Assembly (NCBI GenBank): GCA_965649765.1 | Contig: OZ287752.1 | Span: 22,382,001 to 22,446,000 of the forward strand | DNA from: Bispira polyomma | Taxonomy: Eukaryota | Direction: 5' to 3' | DNA length: 64,000 nucleotides | Shown: positions 61,497-64,000 of the stretch, one piece after another | Layout: each line of letters begins with the position of its first letter | How positions within the stretch are numbered: position 1 is the stretch's first letter | Position numbers and translations under genes: made by a program | Notes under the pieces: model-generated | What the model was told of the DNA's origin: nothing | The model's database searches: none | Seen by the model: the letters and a program-made list of their open reading frames with translations, nothing else

Positions 61497-62663
61497 GTGG
61501 AACAGGTATCAGACAGTATCATTAACAGCCTGAATCTGCCCCCTTATCAACCCGGTAATTCACAGTTTGCTTCTTTAATACTCGCGACGGGTACACAGGC
61601 CCAGGCTACAGCCATGGCTCATTTGCTCTCGAATTGTCCAGAACAGTTCGGCCAACGGGTTATCCCTGCTTCCACTGTAGCGACTGCCAGTAATAAAATG
61701 ACCCTCATGATGTCGGTACTTCGACGACTGGAGGAATCAAACTCGCAGATTACTCTGAGGCTTAACCAGATGGAAGCTCGTGAAGCACAAAATGTGACAC
61801 CCCGTGTTCAGCCGAGTCAGATCCAACCTGCAGGGCTACTTACCAATAACCAGGTCAGACAACTTAACACAGTCCCTGCGACTGGGGCGAATCTTCAGCC
61901 ACCCAAACCGCTTCAACTACACAGCATGGGGCAGCAGCAATATACTAAGGACGGGATTGCTCCAACAGTGGAAAACTCTGAAGTCACTACCTGATGTGCA
62001 GTCAATGGTGAACCAACGTCTCACGCAATATGAGTCGCACGCTCAGTGTGCCTCAGCTCAAGGTAAGAGGCAAAAATCAGGCCATTAAAAAAGACTGCTA
62101 TCGCATCAGCAGAACCTAAGTTTAGATGGGCCAATGAGGGCTGGGTCGGTGGGACGACTCGCAAGCGACCTATGTATGACAACTTATCGCTCCCCCAGTG
62201 GGCTGCAGGATAATTAGCAAATGCCCTTCAGGTCACAGATCCAGTAGTTATGAATGCGATGGTAGAACAGGTGATATTCTCTCTTTGGGATGCAGCTTCT
62301 CTGCCATGGGAAGTTGTACGCACTGCGTGGTCCATAAGTATGCATGAGGTCGAAGCTGGGCGTTTAGGATGGAGTGACACAACTCAGTGGGCACTGAACC
62401 GTATTGGTGCCTCCCAGACGGCGATGGCGAATGGAAACACAGCTTTACCATCCAATTTTAACTCCAACTCTCATAATTCAAGTCAAGGGCGAACAATTTG
62501 CAAGCTATTCAATGCAGGCAAATGTTCTCATCGTGCTGACCACAGCCAATACCGTCAACATTGTTGGCATTGTGCCACAGTCCTCAAGAAAGAAGCAACA
62601 CATCCGGAATTAAAATGTTATCGGGCGAATTCGACAAAACAGGCAGGAGCAGTCAATAATTAG
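61497..62663 (+). pseudogene. Gag-like ORF of a second YR retrotransposon (stops and frameshift)
   Basis: Coiled coil LMMSVLRRLEESN; FRWANEGWVGGTTRKRPMYDNLSLPQWAAG* (62121-62213); CKLFNAGKC...H...HCWHC...HPELKC. Confidence 0.8.
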
Positions 62664-63499
62664 GACGTTTGCCGACGACCAAGAAACGATGGAAGAGCAT
62701 GTTAAGGGCATTAATATTGAAAAAAGTATAGAGACTTTGAATGATTTAAATAGTAAATATTTAAGTTGTAATAATTTAACAGTTTCTGATATGTATGATA
62801 AAATATTGAACTAAGAAAGGTTCCAAGAAAAAATTGCTTATATAAAGACACCTCTAATAGATGTTGATACTTATATTGAAATTAATGAACAGTGCAAGGT
62901 AGATCACAATGCTTTGAATGTGGACATTTCTGACAGTAATGACAAATATGTTTTTGCAAATCATAATGTACCCTGTCAGATACATGAGGATTTTAGCAAT
63001 GCTCCCAAGGTAGAATTGGTTACTGCTGATGTATATACTATGAATTGGCCATTTTGTCATGGAAATTCTGGGGATAGTTTACCTGTATTATATATTAATA
63101 CAGGCAGATCTGGATTGGATGGGTTTTATATTCAAAAATATGATTATGTAGGAAAGATTTGTAATTATATTAAATGCCAATTACCGCCTGAGGGCCCAAT
63201 TGGGGTCATTGATTATGTTAAAATGCAAATAGCAGTGGCCACTATACAGGAGAGCATTGCAGATAAAAATATTACATACTATGACTCAGCTGAAAAGTTA
63301 CAGGCTTAGAATGGTTACCAAAATTTTAGTCAGGATCAAGAATTTAGGGAAAGATTTGGACATGGATATGTACAACATATGGAAATGTAATTGATGAGCT
63401 GATTGAGAACATTGAACAAGCTGAGCAAAAATTAGGTGAAAATGTTTCACCAAAACAAAGTGCTACTAACTTAACTAACACATGTAATCTTGGAAACAA

Positions 63500-64000
63500 G
63501 GTGAAAAATCTCATGACTACATCCGATTTCTCCGACCAAATTTTTCAGGCACTTGGGCAAGAAGTTGTCCCAAGGGTCAAGGGCAGTAAGGATGTCAAAT
63601 TTAATCCTAAAACTAAGGTTTTTTTAGCAATTTCTGATACAAAATTTGAATTCATTGGTCCAGATAGGTTACCAGTTCATATCACAACTGTTGACCAAAT
63701 AGTAGACATAGCTGAAGTTATTAGAGATTCTGGATGCCCCAATTACAGGGGAGCACGCATCCCTCTTAAATCTGGGCTTAAAATTGAAGGTTGGGAGAAA
63801 GCACTGGAAGATCACCCTGATAAACTTCTGTTACAGTACCTGAAATTCGGTTTTCGGTTATCTCTCACTCAACCAGATACACTTAAAGTTAAGGAAACCA
63901 AGAATCACTATTCTGCCCTTCAACATAAAACAGCAGTAAGGAATTACATCAATAAAGAGAAAGCCAATGGAGCAATGTTAGGCCCAGTAAGCACTTTAAA
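63500..64000 (+). pseudogene. N-terminal part of pol of the second YR retrotransposon (runs off the right edge)
   Basis: SGCPNYRGARIPLKSGLKIEGWEKALEDHPDKLLLQYLKFGFRLS...NHYSALQH...YINKEKANGAMLGP, homologous to 2030-2300 (-). Confidence 0.85.

Overview
AT-rich eukaryotic genomic DNA, probably from an invertebrate metazoan (spliceosomal GT-AG introns, tRNA-derived SINEs). The host content is a compact cluster of previously unannotated-looking type-I membrane protein genes, reconstructed here from splice sites, all with phase-1 introns. Gene A (- strand) has a signal peptide and three Ig domains. Gene B (+ strand) lies head-to-head with A, 383 bp between the ATGs, and has a signal peptide, two Ig-like domains lacking the canonical cysteines, Ser/Thr micro-exons, a TM and an NxxY tail. 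Gene C (+) has a signal peptide, a mucin stalk, a TM and a Tyr-rich tail with an ITAM-like pair. Module D (+) is an orphan TM exon plus cytoplasmic exons. The rest is transposon-derived: two related decayed tyrosine-recombinase (DIRS/PAT-like) retrotransposons at the two ends of the window (the left one has its recombinase inverted relative to gag-pol), a near-complete L2-type LINE with a 2A-like NPGP motif plus a second fragment, L1/Tx1 remnants, two Harbinger transposase relics (one with its MADF partner and TIRs), TAA-flanked MITEs, a DUF6589/Academ-like transposase relic, two SINE families, and a 36-bp minisatellite with higher-order structure. There is no prokaryotic content and no CRISPR array.
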